A DNA stretch of 64,000 nt from Clostridia bacterium (GCA_017464805.1 JAFTYE010000003.1:10259-74258), one strand, 5' to 3'. Numbered from the stretch's first letter, positions 27,373 to 36,672 are shown. Translations and numbers: made by a program. The notes: generated by a model not told the origin, from the letters alone.

Positions 27373-28412
27373 TATTTCAGATACCCTTGTGCAAAACTGT
27401 CCGCGTCCGCAGGAGCGGTGATGGGCTCGGCGTTGCCCAGTCTGTTGTAGACCGTGGTGCTCTTGGCCTCGGCAGAAAGATTGGGCTGATCCTCAAAGTA
27501 CATCGTGTAAGAGGTCTCCACGTGCGTGAGGTTGCCGTTTCGGTCAAAATGCACGTCGTAGTAGACCTTGTCGATGTTCACCCCTGCCGCCTCGGTCTTG
27601 CCGATGCGTTCCAGAGCCGCAAGCATCTCCTCGCCCCGCATAACCATGCGGATATAAGCACCCTCGTTTGTGTTGATAAAGCCCATCTCCGAGAACCAGC
27701 TCTCGGGCACGTTCATCAGGGTGCGCTCGCCCTCTTGTACATTGTAGAATTTGTCAAGGTAATCCTGCATGGACATGGCAACCTTGACTTTTTCTCCCTT
27801 GCGCGTGATCTGGTACAAAACGCCATCCGCATACCACGCTTCCTGGGCAAGATCCGCCACCAGATCGGGATCGCCCGTCACTACGGTGTGCACATGGCCG
27901 TCGCGCTCGTGTGCCACCACGACCATGTTCTGCGTCAGAACGGTGCCGTAACCGATCATGATCATATCCACTCTCGTGGTGGTAGTCGACTGGTAGTTCT
28001 TGGCAAACTGTACAAGCGTCGCGTTTGCCTGCTCGTAAAGCTCCTTTGCCGTCTGACCGCCAAGGGTCGGGCTGTCGCCCTTTTCCACGTAGCTTTCTTC
28101 GGCCTCGCCACTCATGCCGCCGTCCTCGGTTTCGTTGCCGCCTGGGGTTTCGTTGCCGCCTGGGGTTTCGTTGCCGCCTGGGGTTTCGTTGCCGCCTGGG
28201 GTTTCGTTGCCGCCTGGGGTTTCGTTGCCGCCTGGGGTTTCGTTGCCGCCTGGGGTTTCATCACCGCCGGGGGTCTCGTCCCGATCGAAAACACTCACAA
28301 AATCCTCGATAAGATCAAAGAAGGTGTCTGCGTCCGAGAGATCACAGGAGGTCAGCATCCCGCAAGAGAAGATGCAGGTGATGACGAGAAGAAGAGAGAG
28401 AAGCCTTTTCAT
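27372..28412 (-). CDS. lipoprotein with (N/D)ETPGG tandem-repeat linker
   Basis: MKRLLSLLLVITCIFSCGMLTSC lipobox; ATG 28412 follows a GAAAGGA RBS; 8 xETPGG repeats precede a roughly 240-aa domain of unknown family. Confidence 0.8.
   Translation of the reverse strand: MKRLLSLLLVITCIFSCGMLTSCDLSDADTFFDLIEDFVSVFDRDETPGGDETPGGNETPGGNETPGGNETPGGNETPGGNETPGGNETPGGNETEDGGMSGEAEESYVEKGDSPTLGGQTAKELYEQANATLVQFAKNYQSTTTTRVDMIMIGYGTVLTQNMVVVAHERDGHVHTVVTGDPDLVADLAQEAWYADGVLYQITRKGEKVKVAMSMQDYLDKFYNVQEGERTLMNVPESWFSEMGFINTNEGAYIRMVMRGEEMLAALERIGKTEAAGVNIDKVYYDVHFDRNGNLTHVETSYTMYFEDQPNLSAEAKSTTVYNRLGNAEPITAPADADSFAQGYLK
28116..28280 (-). repeat. coding tandem repeat, 18-bp unit, 6 perfect plus 2-3 degenerate copies
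   Basis: gccgcctggggtttcgtt occurs six times without a mismatch (28137..28244), flanked by variant units. It encodes NETPGG. Confidence 0.9.
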
Positions 28413-28461
28413 AAAAATTCCTTTCCGTGCCATGCGCGTGTAATGAATGCCGTTTGACGGC

Positions 28462-29049
28462 TTAAAATTGCTTAATGCGGTACCAAAGGATTAGCATACA
28501 TTGCAGGGGTAGGCCGACCAGATATAGCGGCCAGAGATTGTAGCCGATGAGCAGATATTGTAAGAATACCGCCACGATCAGCGTCCAGATGAACGCGGTG
28601 TTGACGATGAAACGAAAAAGCGTGTTCGTTTTGCCCCGCCAGAGGTAGCGCAGGGCAAGGGAGGTCACGGGCAAGGCCCAGATGAAGGCTATCCATTGCT
28701 TTGTGTACAGAAATACGATGGTTGCCACCAGCCAAACGACTGCCGCCATGAGGCCGTACAGGCAGAGACGGTAGGCAAGGCTGTCGCGTGCGGCACGCTT
28801 GTTCTCTTCGGGGGTGGGAAGCGGTCTCGTGGCCTCCGCATCCGCCGAGGTCAGAACGGTCATGTCGATGCCGTAAAATTCACATAAAAAATACAAAACG
28901 TTGATGTCAGGCAGGGTGTCGCCGTTCTCCCAGCGGGAGATCGCCTTGTCCGAATAGTTCAGCTTTTCGGCCAGCTCCGCCTGCGTCAGGCCGGCTTCAC
29001 GGCGAAAATAGCCGAGGTTCTTGGCAATAATAGGTTTGATGTCCTTCAT
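28462..29049 (-). CDS. XRE family HTH regulator with C-terminal transmembrane domain
   Basis: ATG 29049 follows an AGGAGG RBS. LTQAELAEKLNYSDKAISRWENG is the HTH, followed by 4 predicted TM helices. Confidence 0.8.
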   Translation of the reverse strand: MKDIKPIIAKNLGYFRREAGLTQAELAEKLNYSDKAISRWENGDTLPDINVLYFLCEFYGIDMTVLTSADAEATRPLPTPEENKRAARDSLAYRLCLYGLMAAVVWLVATIVFLYTKQWIAFIWALPVTSLALRYLWRGKTNTLFRFIVNTAFIWTLIVAVFLQYLLIGYNLWPLYLVGLPLQCMLILWYRIKQF

Positions 29050-29302
29050 GAATGTCCTCCTGTTTTCAAAATTTGTCCTTTTCCAAAAATGATACAGGCA
29101 CGCCTCTATTATACTCTCCGCCCTTGTAAAAATCAAGGGATTTTGTCATATTTTTTCGGCACTTCTACAAAAGTGAGAGTGGGAAATTCTACAAATCCAA
29201 GGGGTGAGAGTTACATTTGTAGAGTTGCGTGACAGGAGAAGTCCTTTGCTTTGCCTTGTATTTTTGGTATAGTAAGGTCAAAAGGTCGAAAGGGGAAAGA
29301 AC

Positions 29303-30097
29303 ATGCCGAACGCCCAAAGAATCGTGTATTACGACGACGAGCGCACCGACGAATTTTCGGGTATTTCTCGAAAAACCGTCACCGTGGACGAAAAATTCCC
29401 CTATCTGCGCCGCAGCCTTCTTTTCCGCTTTGCTGCTTTTTTCGCCTACCGCGTGATCATGAAGCCCTTTGCATTTCTTTATTGCAAGCTTCGCTTTGGT
29501 CTGCGAGCCAAGGGCGCGGACGCGCTCCGCTCGTTCCGCAAGAAGGGCTATTACCTGTACGCCAACCATACCCTGATGGCGGGGGACGCTTTTATCCCCA
29601 ACCTGCTGGATTTTCCCCAAAAAACCTACATCGTGGTGCATCCCGATAATATCTCTCTGCCCGTGGCTGGGACATTCGTTACGATGTGCGGTGCCATTCC
29701 CACCCCCACGACTCTGCACGCACACAAGCCGTTCCGAGAAGCGCTGTCCACTCGCATTTCGGAGGGGGCGTGTGTCGTGATTTACCCCGAGGCGCATATC
29801 TGGCCGTACTGCACGCGTATTCGAGAATTTTCCGACGTTTCCTTTGCGTACCCGGTTCGAGACGGCGCCCCCGTTTTTTCTGCCACCGTTACCTATGGGA
29901 AGGGGCGCATCGGCAAGATGCCGCGCGTGACCGTGTACGTGGACGGACCGTTCTATCCCGACACGTCACTTCCCCCGAAACAGGCGCGCGCCCGTCTGCG
30001 AGACGAGGTGCATGCCGCCATGTCTGCCCGAGCCGCGGAGCACAGCACCTACGAAAGAATTCGCTACGTCCAAAGAGAGGAGAAAACCCATGAGTGA
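29303..30097 (+). CDS. lysophospholipid (PlsC-like) acyltransferase family protein
   Basis: ANHTLMAGDAF (NHx..D-type block) and VIYPEAHIW (FPEG-like block). Confidence 0.65.
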   Translation: MPNAQRIVYYDDERTDEFSGISRKTVTVDEKFPYLRRSLLFRFAAFFAYRVIMKPFAFLYCKLRFGLRAKGADALRSFRKKGYYLYANHTLMAGDAFIPNLLDFPQKTYIVVHPDNISLPVAGTFVTMCGAIPTPTTLHAHKPFREALSTRISEGACVVIYPEAHIWPYCTRIREFSDVSFAYPVRDGAPVFSATVTYGKGRIGKMPRVTVYVDGPFYPDTSLPPKQARARLRDEVHAAMSARAAEHSTYERIRYVQREEKTHE

Positions 30098-30932
30098 GCC
30101 GATCTCGGTGGTATATGCCGGAAACGAGGGCATTTTCGACGGCATTCTGATCTCGCTTTCCTCGCTCGTAGAGCACACGCCCCACCCCATACACGCCTAT
30201 GTTCTGACCATGGATCTTTCCGAGCAGAATGAGAGATTCACCCCCGTCACCGAGCACCAGCGAGCTTTTTTGGAAGAGGTGGTGCAAGAGAAACATGGGG
30301 AAAGCCGCGTGACCCTCTTGGATGTCGGTTCGCTTTACCGAAAAACCCTGTACCATTCCCCGAACGCAAAAAGCGCGTACACGCCCTACGCCATGCTTCG
30401 CCTGCTTCTTGATCGACTGCCCGTGCCGAATAAATTACTGTATCTCGATGCGGACACCTTGGTCACGGCCGACGTGACCCCCTTGTGGGAGGAGGACGTG
30501 ACGGCATACGAATTTGCCGCCGTGCTCGACTATTACGGCAAAATTTTCATGGGCTACCACTACATCAATACGGGCGTTATGCTCCTCAATCTCGACAATA
30601 TCCGAAAAACAAACCTCTTTGCGCGGTGCATCGACCGCTTATGCCGTCGCCGCATCTTTTTACCCGACCAGACTGCCCTCAATCGGCTTGTCAAACGCAA
30701 AAAGCTGCTCCCCGTGTGTTACAACGAACAAAAGCACGACCGTGACGGCACCGTGATCCGCCACTTTTCCAAGACCATCATCTGGCATCCGTTCTTTCCG
30801 TTCTTTTACACCAAAAACATCAAGCCCTGGCAGACCGAACGTGTAAGAACCGAGTTGACCGACCGCTATAACGACACCCTCGACCGTTACCTTCGCCTGA
30901 AGGAGCGAATTGAAAAGGAGATATCTGTATGA
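30090..30932 (+). CDS. glycosyltransferase family 8
   Basis: ATG 30090 follows a GAGGAGA RBS and overlaps the upstream stop by 8 nt. It has the YLDADTLV DxD motif and a YINTGVMLLNL block. Confidence 0.8.
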   Translation: MSEPISVVYAGNEGIFDGILISLSSLVEHTPHPIHAYVLTMDLSEQNERFTPVTEHQRAFLEEVVQEKHGESRVTLLDVGSLYRKTLYHSPNAKSAYTPYAMLRLLLDRLPVPNKLLYLDADTLVTADVTPLWEEDVTAYEFAAVLDYYGKIFMGYHYINTGVMLLNLDNIRKTNLFARCIDRLCRRRIFLPDQTALNRLVKRKKLLPVCYNEQKHDRDGTVIRHFSKTIIWHPFFPFFYTKNIKPWQTERVRTELTDRYNDTLDRYLRLKERIEKEISV

Positions 30933-31867
30933 CCGAGACCGTGATTCCCGTCTTTTTCTCTGCGGACGACCGCTATATCCCCTATTGCGCCGTTGCTGTT
31001 TCCTCGCTGATTGAGGGGGCAGACCCCGCTTACACCTATCACATCCACATCCTGAACACGGGCATCGAAAAGGAGAGTGCGGCGCGCGTGCGGCAGATGG
31101 AGAGGGAAAACGTCCGCATCTTTTTCGACGACGTGACCGAAGGCATGAAGCGCATCGCCGGCCGCATGGACCTGCGGGACTACTATTCCGCGTCCATCTA
31201 CTTCCGCATCTTCATTCCCGCCCTGTTCCCGCAGTATGATAAAGGCATTTACCTTGATTCCGACGTGGTCGTTTCGGGGGATATCGCTCGCCTGTTTGAG
31301 GCCTCCCTTGACGGCAACCTCGTCGGCGCGGTGCCCGACGAGGTCATCGCGTCGTGCAAGGAATTTATCCGCTATGCCGAGCGCGGTTGTGGTATTCCTC
31401 ACGGCGAATATTTTAATTCGGGTGTGCTACTGATGGATCTTGCCGCTCTGCGGGATTTTGACCTGGAGGAGAGATATATCGACCTGCTCGTCCGCTACCG
31501 CTTTGACACCGTTTGCCCCGATCAGGATTACCTCAACGTCCTTTGTCGCGGCAGGGTGCGCCTTCTCGACAGGGGCTGGAATAAAATGTCCGTCTCCCGT
31601 GACTATGACGGTCTGCCGCGTCTGGTGCATTACAACATGTTCAACAAGCCCTGGCAGTACGACGGGATCCCCTACGGTGAGCTGTTCTGGAAGCACGCCG
31701 CCCGCTCTCCCTTTTATTCCGAGATTTGTGCGGTGAGAGACCGCTTTTCCGAGGCAGAGGCCGAGGTCCACCGCAAGGGACTTTCCGAGCTTGTGCGTCG
31801 CGCTACCGAAATCGCCGACAGCGAGCGCAACTTCCGCACCGTCCTGTTTGAGGGGGTAACAGTATGA
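30929..31867 (+). CDS. glycosyltransferase family 8
   Basis: IYLDSDVVV DxD motif, YFNSGVLLMDL and PDQDYLN blocks; ATGA overlap with the upstream gene. Confidence 0.85.
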   Translation: MTETVIPVFFSADDRYIPYCAVAVSSLIEGADPAYTYHIHILNTGIEKESAARVRQMERENVRIFFDDVTEGMKRIAGRMDLRDYYSASIYFRIFIPALFPQYDKGIYLDSDVVVSGDIARLFEASLDGNLVGAVPDEVIASCKEFIRYAERGCGIPHGEYFNSGVLLMDLAALRDFDLEERYIDLLVRYRFDTVCPDQDYLNVLCRGRVRLLDRGWNKMSVSRDYDGLPRLVHYNMFNKPWQYDGIPYGELFWKHAARSPFYSEICAVRDRFSEAEAEVHRKGLSELVRRATEIADSERNFRTVLFEGVTV

Positions 31868-32685
31868 GGAGCAAAAAAACCGTTCCCCAAGCCCTCGATC
31901 GGCTTGCGGTGCTGGAACGCATCCGCGCCTATGAGGTCGAGGGTGGGGAAGCCTTCTTCCGCAACGTCGAGGAGGATCCGCCCACCCGTCCGATTCTGCC
32001 GCACGAGGTGGATTATCTGTGCGAAAAGCCGTCTACCCGCGTAAGAACCGCCCTTGCCTCTCTGATCGAGGGCGTTGCGGGCGGCATTCTGTCCCGCACT
32101 CACGAGATCACCGTGATCGGGGAAGAGTATATCGCCGCCGTATCGGGCGGCATGATCCTGACCAGCAACCATTTTGCCAAGGACGAGAGCCTTTGCGTGC
32201 GTCTTGCCGTCCGTCGTGCGGGCAGACAACATCTCTACAAGGTGGTGCGCGAGGGCAACTTCTTTATGACCGGCATTATCGGCTTTCTTCTGCGCTACTG
32301 CCGTACCCTGCCCCTATCGTCCAATCTACACACCATGCAAAAGCTCGATCGCGCGCTCGGCACGCTCCTTTCGCGTGGCGAATGCGTGCTCGTTTACCCC
32401 GAGCAAGCCATGTGGTGGAACTACAAAAAGCCCCGTGAGTACCGTATCGGTGCCTACCATTGGGCAGCCAAGTACGGTGTGCCCGTGGTACCCTGCTTTG
32501 TCACGCTTTCGCCCATCGAAGGAAAGATCGGGGGCGACGGCTTTCCCGTCATGCGGTATACGGTGCACGTCATGCCCCCCCTGTATCCCGATCCCGCCGC
32601 CACCGTGCGCGAGAATGCGGAGCGCATGCGCGCCGAGAATAAACGCCTTTGCCTTGCCAAGTACCAAGAGGTCTACGGCCAATAA
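31864..32685 (+). CDS. lysophospholipid (PlsC-like) acyltransferase family protein
   Basis: LTSNHFAKDES and VLVYPEQAMWWNY blocks; ATGA overlap with the upstream GT8 gene. Confidence 0.65.
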   Translation: MRSKKTVPQALDRLAVLERIRAYEVEGGEAFFRNVEEDPPTRPILPHEVDYLCEKPSTRVRTALASLIEGVAGGILSRTHEITVIGEEYIAAVSGGMILTSNHFAKDESLCVRLAVRRAGRQHLYKVVREGNFFMTGIIGFLLRYCRTLPLSSNLHTMQKLDRALGTLLSRGECVLVYPEQAMWWNYKKPREYRIGAYHWAAKYGVPVVPCFVTLSPIEGKIGGDGFPVMRYTVHVMPPLYPDPAATVRENAERMRAENKRLCLAKYQEVYGQ

Positions 32686-32725
32686 CAATCCCCCTTTCCG
32701 CAGTTGCGGAAAGGGGGATTGTTTT
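32686..32725. terminator. bidirectional intrinsic terminator
   Basis: CAATCCCCCTTTCCGCagttGCGGAAAGGGGGATTGtttt between convergent genes. Confidence 0.85.
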
Positions 32726-34400
32726 ATTCTGCTTCGGCTGCTTCTGCAAATTCCCACTCGACGATGGCAAAGATGCCATCCACCGCCGTGGCGGTGCAGG
32801 TCATGTTCAGAACATCGCCCGCGCGAATGAGGATCAGGGCCTCATCGGATTCGAGGTCACCCTTGAACACCCGCCCGTCCTCGGCCGTCACGTACACGGT
32901 CGGCAGACCGCCAAGCGTCACGATCTCCCGGGTCTCGACCGTCACCGTCAGCTGCTCCTCACCGCCCGTCGGGTCGTCTCCGACTCCGCTTTGGGCAAGC
33001 CGCTTGCGGTAGGCGCGCATCGCATCCTGCTGGGTCTCACCCGTTGCCACGATGCTGTAGCGTTCCACATTGACCAGTGCATACAGCTTGACAAGACCGC
33101 CGCTGTCCTTGAGGACCATGATGTAGGTCGCTTCGCCCGACACGTTGATGAGAGAGGGGAAGGAGGCCACGTAGCCCTTTTCCTGCACCTCGCCCTCGGC
33201 GGCCGCCATGGCGGAATATTCCTCCGCACCGTTGACCGAGTAGTACTTGTACTCACCCGTGCGCGCGTTGGAAAGAATGAAGCCGATGTTGCTCTCGTCA
33301 CCCGAGGTCATGGAGGTGACACCCGTGAAATACCACACATCGTCCCCCAGCACCACATAACCGAAATCGTCGGTGGTCTGCTTGCAGCCCACGTTGCCAA
33401 TGATGCTGTTGAAGAAGCCGCCGGACAGCGTTCCATGCCAGTCGTATTTCTCGCAGGCCAGATAGCCCGTGTAGACGATGTCCACCCAAGCGGGCGTTTT
33501 TTCCACCGTCATAATCTCGGAGGAGCCGTCGTGCGGGTCAAAGAGGATGACCTCGGAAACGTCCATCGCACCGAACAGGCCAACCTGCGGCTTCATGCAG
33601 GATACCACGTAGTAGGGCTTTCCGTCCTCGTTGATCTCAAAGGATACCGAGCCGAAGATCTTGGTCGGATAGGAGAAACGGAGCTTGCGAGCAAGGTCAC
33701 GGTTGAAATACGCGCTCTCGGCGTAATACATCGGCTCGGAAAGCGGCACATATTCCGCATCGCTGTTTACGGGATCTACCATCACGATGCCGGGAATGCC
33801 GTTTTTGTTATTGCCCAGCCACTTGAAAAAGCCGTTGTATTCCAGGGGTGTGACCTTGCGGGGCGAGCCCTTGTAATTGATCTGCATATACGCGGGGTTG
33901 ATGGTGTACTGGGATACCACGTCCGAAAGCGGACCCAGCGTGCGGTTGCCGATCACGATCGCGGAATCGGTGTCCATGAGCGCGATATTCGACACCTCGG
34001 TGCTTTCGGGCATATCCTCGGCAAAGTCCGCACTCTGCACGTCGATCACCGAGGCGTACTGCTTCGCGTAAAACAGGGGTGCAGAGGAAAATAGGGCGGC
34101 CAAGCCGCAGAAGAGGACGGGCAGCACGCACACGCCCACAAGGATCAGCGCGGTGCGAGAGGGCATGTTGTTTTTGAAGGATATCCCCATCACGTACACC
34201 TTTCCGCGCTTTTTGCCGCGCGCGGGCTCGCCCGACGGAAGGAGGAACGGCCACGAAAATGCCGCGATCACAAAGGTGAGAAAGAACCAAAAGCCCACCG
34301 AATAGACCGAGAGGGCAGGGAGCCCCAGGTAGAACACTGTCAGGGTAAACACGATCCCCGAGACAAGGGACGCCACGATCTTTTTCTTCGTTGTAAACAT
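32724..34400 (-). CDS. conserved-looking membrane protein with large extracytoplasmic domain, unknown function (558 aa)
   Basis: ATG 34400 follows an AAAGGAAAAA RBS. Three N-terminal TM helices are followed by a roughly 430-aa soluble domain. The longer track ORF (to 34622) reads through the leader RNA. Confidence 0.7.
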   Translation of the reverse strand: MFTTKKKIVASLVSGIVFTLTVFYLGLPALSVYSVGFWFFLTFVIAAFSWPFLLPSGEPARGKKRGKVYVMGISFKNNMPSRTALILVGVCVLPVLFCGLAALFSSAPLFYAKQYASVIDVQSADFAEDMPESTEVSNIALMDTDSAIVIGNRTLGPLSDVVSQYTINPAYMQINYKGSPRKVTPLEYNGFFKWLGNNKNGIPGIVMVDPVNSDAEYVPLSEPMYYAESAYFNRDLARKLRFSYPTKIFGSVSFEINEDGKPYYVVSCMKPQVGLFGAMDVSEVILFDPHDGSSEIMTVEKTPAWVDIVYTGYLACEKYDWHGTLSGGFFNSIIGNVGCKQTTDDFGYVVLGDDVWYFTGVTSMTSGDESNIGFILSNARTGEYKYYSVNGAEEYSAMAAAEGEVQEKGYVASFPSLINVSGEATYIMVLKDSGGLVKLYALVNVERYSIVATGETQQDAMRAYRKRLAQSGVGDDPTGGEEQLTVTVETREIVTLGGLPTVYVTAEDGRVFKGDLESDEALILIRAGDVLNMTCTATAVDGIFAIVEWEFAEAAEAE

Positions 34401-34465
34401 AGTTTTTCCTTTCTTTATTTGCTTCGTATATTGGGTTTGCAAACCGCAAAGGGGGTCACGGGTAC

Positions 34466-34508
34466 AAAAAAAGACCTTGATTGCCATGCGCACCGCAATC
34501 AAAGTCTT
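34466..34508 (-). terminator. leader (attenuator) terminator inside the 5' UTR
   Basis: Minus strand AAGACUUUGAUUGCggugcgcaugGCAAUCAAGGUCUU followed by U7. Its 5' arm overlaps the 3' strand of the putative aptamer P1. Confidence 0.7.
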
Positions 34509-34602
34509 GTTCGTCTGTGTACAGGTCACCGAAGTCGAAAAACGCCTTGTGTTGACGGTGACGAGAACGGCAGGCGTAAGCCGCCGTGAACTACTCCCTT
34601 TG
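34500..34602 (-). promoter_or_regulatory. candidate yybP-ykoY (Mn2+) riboswitch aptamer
   Basis: The minus-strand RNA is CAAAG-GGAGUAG-[hairpin CGGCGGcuuacGCCuGCCG]-[GUCACCG...CGGUGAC]-[CUGuacaCAG]-ACGAACAAGAC-UUUG. The GGAGUAG and CAAGAC loops and the P1 closure resemble the family consensus as I remember it. Confidence 0.5.
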
Positions 34603-34612
34603 TACGGCGAAT

Positions 34613-34641
34613 ATTGTAACATATTCCTGTGAGTTTGTCAA
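34613..34641 (-). promoter_or_regulatory. sigma-70-type promoter (TTGACA-17-TACAAT)
   Basis: The minus strand reads TTGACAaactcacaggaatatgtTACAAT about 10 nt upstream of the aptamer. Confidence 0.65.
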
Positions 34642-34661
34642 GGGGTTTTACGAAAAATCCT

Positions 34662-35554
34662 TTATTTCGTAAGGATCTCGCACAAGATCTCTGCCGACGC
34701 GCCCGCAAGCTCCGAGGGAAGGATCCCGCGCTCGGAATAGCGGTGGGAAAGGGCTTCGCCTCCCTCGCCGTGCAGGTAAGCAGCCGCGAAGACCGCCGCT
34801 TCCGGGGCAAGTCCGCCCGCTAAAAGCCCGACCAGCATGCCGGCCAGTACGTCCCCCGTGCCGCCCTTGGCCAGGGCGGGCGAGCCGCTCGGGCAGACGG
34901 TAAAGCCGCCGTCCCGCCGCGCGATCACGCTGTCCGCCCCCTTAAGCAGGACCGTCACGCCCACCTCGGATGCGAACGCGCACGCGCTCCCCACGCGGTC
35001 GGCATGGATATTTTCAAGCGAAAGCCCCGACAGGCGGGAAAATTCCATCTCGTGCGGGGTCAGGATGACCTCGCGCTTGGCGTTCTTCAAATGTCCTTTG
35101 CGCCCTGCCGCGCAAGCAGGTTCAAGGCATCCGCGTCCAGTACCGCAGGGCCGCCCCGGGTCGAAAGAAATTCGACCATCGCACGGCAGAAGGCCGCCGT
35201 GTTCCCCTCTTGTCCGATTCCGCAGCCGACAAGACAGGCATCCGCCGTCGAAACATAGGGAAGATAGGCATCAAAGTCCTCGGTAATGGGGGGCATGACG
35301 CGGCAGATCAGCTCGGGCAGACGCACCCGCGCCGCCGCGACCGTTTCGGCCGACGAATACAGATAGGTCAGTCCCGCACCCATGCGGAGCGTCCCCTCGG
35401 CGGCAAGCAGAGCTGCTCCTGCGTATAGGGAGGAGCCGCAGGCCAGTGCCGCGCGGCCGTGGTCGCCCTTGTGGCTTTCCTGCTTGCGCGGCAAAAGTAG
35501 GGCGCGGATATACGCCCGCGCCTCGTCGCGGGTGGGATAGGCGGAAAACTCCAT
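34662..35554 (-). pseudogene. ADP-dependent NAD(P)H-hydrate dehydratase (YjeF C-terminal/NnrD-like), split by a 1-nt frameshift
   Basis: Track ORFs 35087..35554 (...HKGDHGRAALACGS...VLDADALNLLARQGAKDI*) and 34662..35090 (KNAKREVILTPHEMEFSRL...KGGTGDVLAG...) are the two halves of one carbohydrate-kinase-fold protein. The frames switch at ...gacatttgaagaac... (about 35085-35092). Confidence 0.75.
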
Positions 35555-35721
35555 GGTGGATCTCCTTTTGTTCGTTTTCTGCCGTCATTGTAGCACAAAA
35601 GTGTGAATTTGACAAGCACCGAAGCCCTAAAATGACAAAAAACACTTTACATTTCACAAAAACCGTGCTACAATAGAGCTAAAATATAGTCAAAATAACC
35701 AAAAGAGAGGAGGACGATATT

Positions 35722-36360
35722 GTGAGCAACCTTATCGTTACCATTGCACGGCAATACGGAAGTGGCGGCCGCGAGATCGGAGAGGCAGTAGCACGCCTGC
35801 TCGGCTGTACCTGCTACGATCAGCAGCTCATTACCATGTCCGCGGAACGCGGCGAGCTGAACGAGGGGGCACTCTCCCACGTGGACGAGGTGGCCGCGGG
35901 CAGTCTGCTTTACACCCTTGCCATGGGCTCGGGTCACGGCGTGCGCTTCTCCGCGCACCATCATCTGCCCATCAACGATAAGCTCTTTTATCTGCAATCC
36001 GACATCATCCGCGAACTGGCCGAGGAAAAGGATTGCGTGTTCGTCGGTCGTTGCGCGGACTACGTCCTGCGTGACCACCCCTGCACGCTCCCCGTGTTTG
36101 TTTACGCCGCCCACGAGTGCCGCATTGCCCGCATCATGGAGCGACATGATTTGCCCCGCAACAAGGCCGAGGATATGATGAACAAGATCGACCACCGTCG
36201 CGCCACCTACTATAACTTCTACACGGGTCAGAAATGGGGCAAGTACGACAACTACTCCCTCGCCGTGAACTCCTCGCTCCTCGGGATCGAGGACACCGCC
36301 AAAATGATCGCGGACTTCGCTCTTTCCATGAAATATAAACTGGAAAAAACCAAAAAATAA
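35722..36360 (+). CDS. cytidylate kinase-like family protein
   Basis: GTG start after a GAGGAGG RBS. IVTIARQYGSGGREIGEAVARLLG is typical of the cytidylate-kinase-like (AAA_28-type) family. Confidence 0.75.
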   Translation: MSNLIVTIARQYGSGGREIGEAVARLLGCTCYDQQLITMSAERGELNEGALSHVDEVAAGSLLYTLAMGSGHGVRFSAHHHLPINDKLFYLQSDIIRELAEEKDCVFVGRCADYVLRDHPCTLPVFVYAAHECRIARIMERHDLPRNKAEDMMNKIDHRRATYYNFYTGQKWGKYDNYSLAVNSSLLGIEDTAKMIADFALSMKYKLEKTKK

Positions 36361-36366
36361 TTTCCG

Positions 36367-36397
36367 CAAAAAAGGACGGCTCGCCGTCCTTTTTTTT
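36367..36397 (+). terminator. intrinsic terminator
   Basis: aaaaaaGGACGGctcgCCGTCCtttttttt. Confidence 0.8.
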
Positions 36398-36672
36398 GTT
36401 ATGGCAAAGCAAGCTCCATGGTACATAGAAAAGAGGACTTTTGTGCAAATTGCCCAATCAAAGTGAAAACATGTTTGCGAGGATGTCCCGACGCTCCTTT
36501 TTTCTCTTATCGAAAAAGGACTTGCGCCCTGTTGCGCACTGCTTTTTTCGATTGGATCAGCCCGCCGCAAAATGTGCCGGAAAATGACATTTTTTCAGAA
36601 AATTGTGAAAAAGCACGAAAAAATGGGCAAATTGCACAAAAAACACATGGAAAAGATATAACATTTGCCAAG

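Noticed and set aside
28128-28262. The regularly spaced 18-bp direct repeats as a possible CRISPR array (also 5569..5766).
   Set aside because: The repeats are contiguous with no spacers, the unit is far too short, and they are in-frame coding sequence. No cas genes are present.
34662-35554. Treating 35087..35554 and 34662..35090 as two separate genes.
   Set aside because: Together they reconstitute one co-linear YjeF-C/NnrD-type protein. The second piece would need a TTG start with no RBS and sits exactly at the frame switch.
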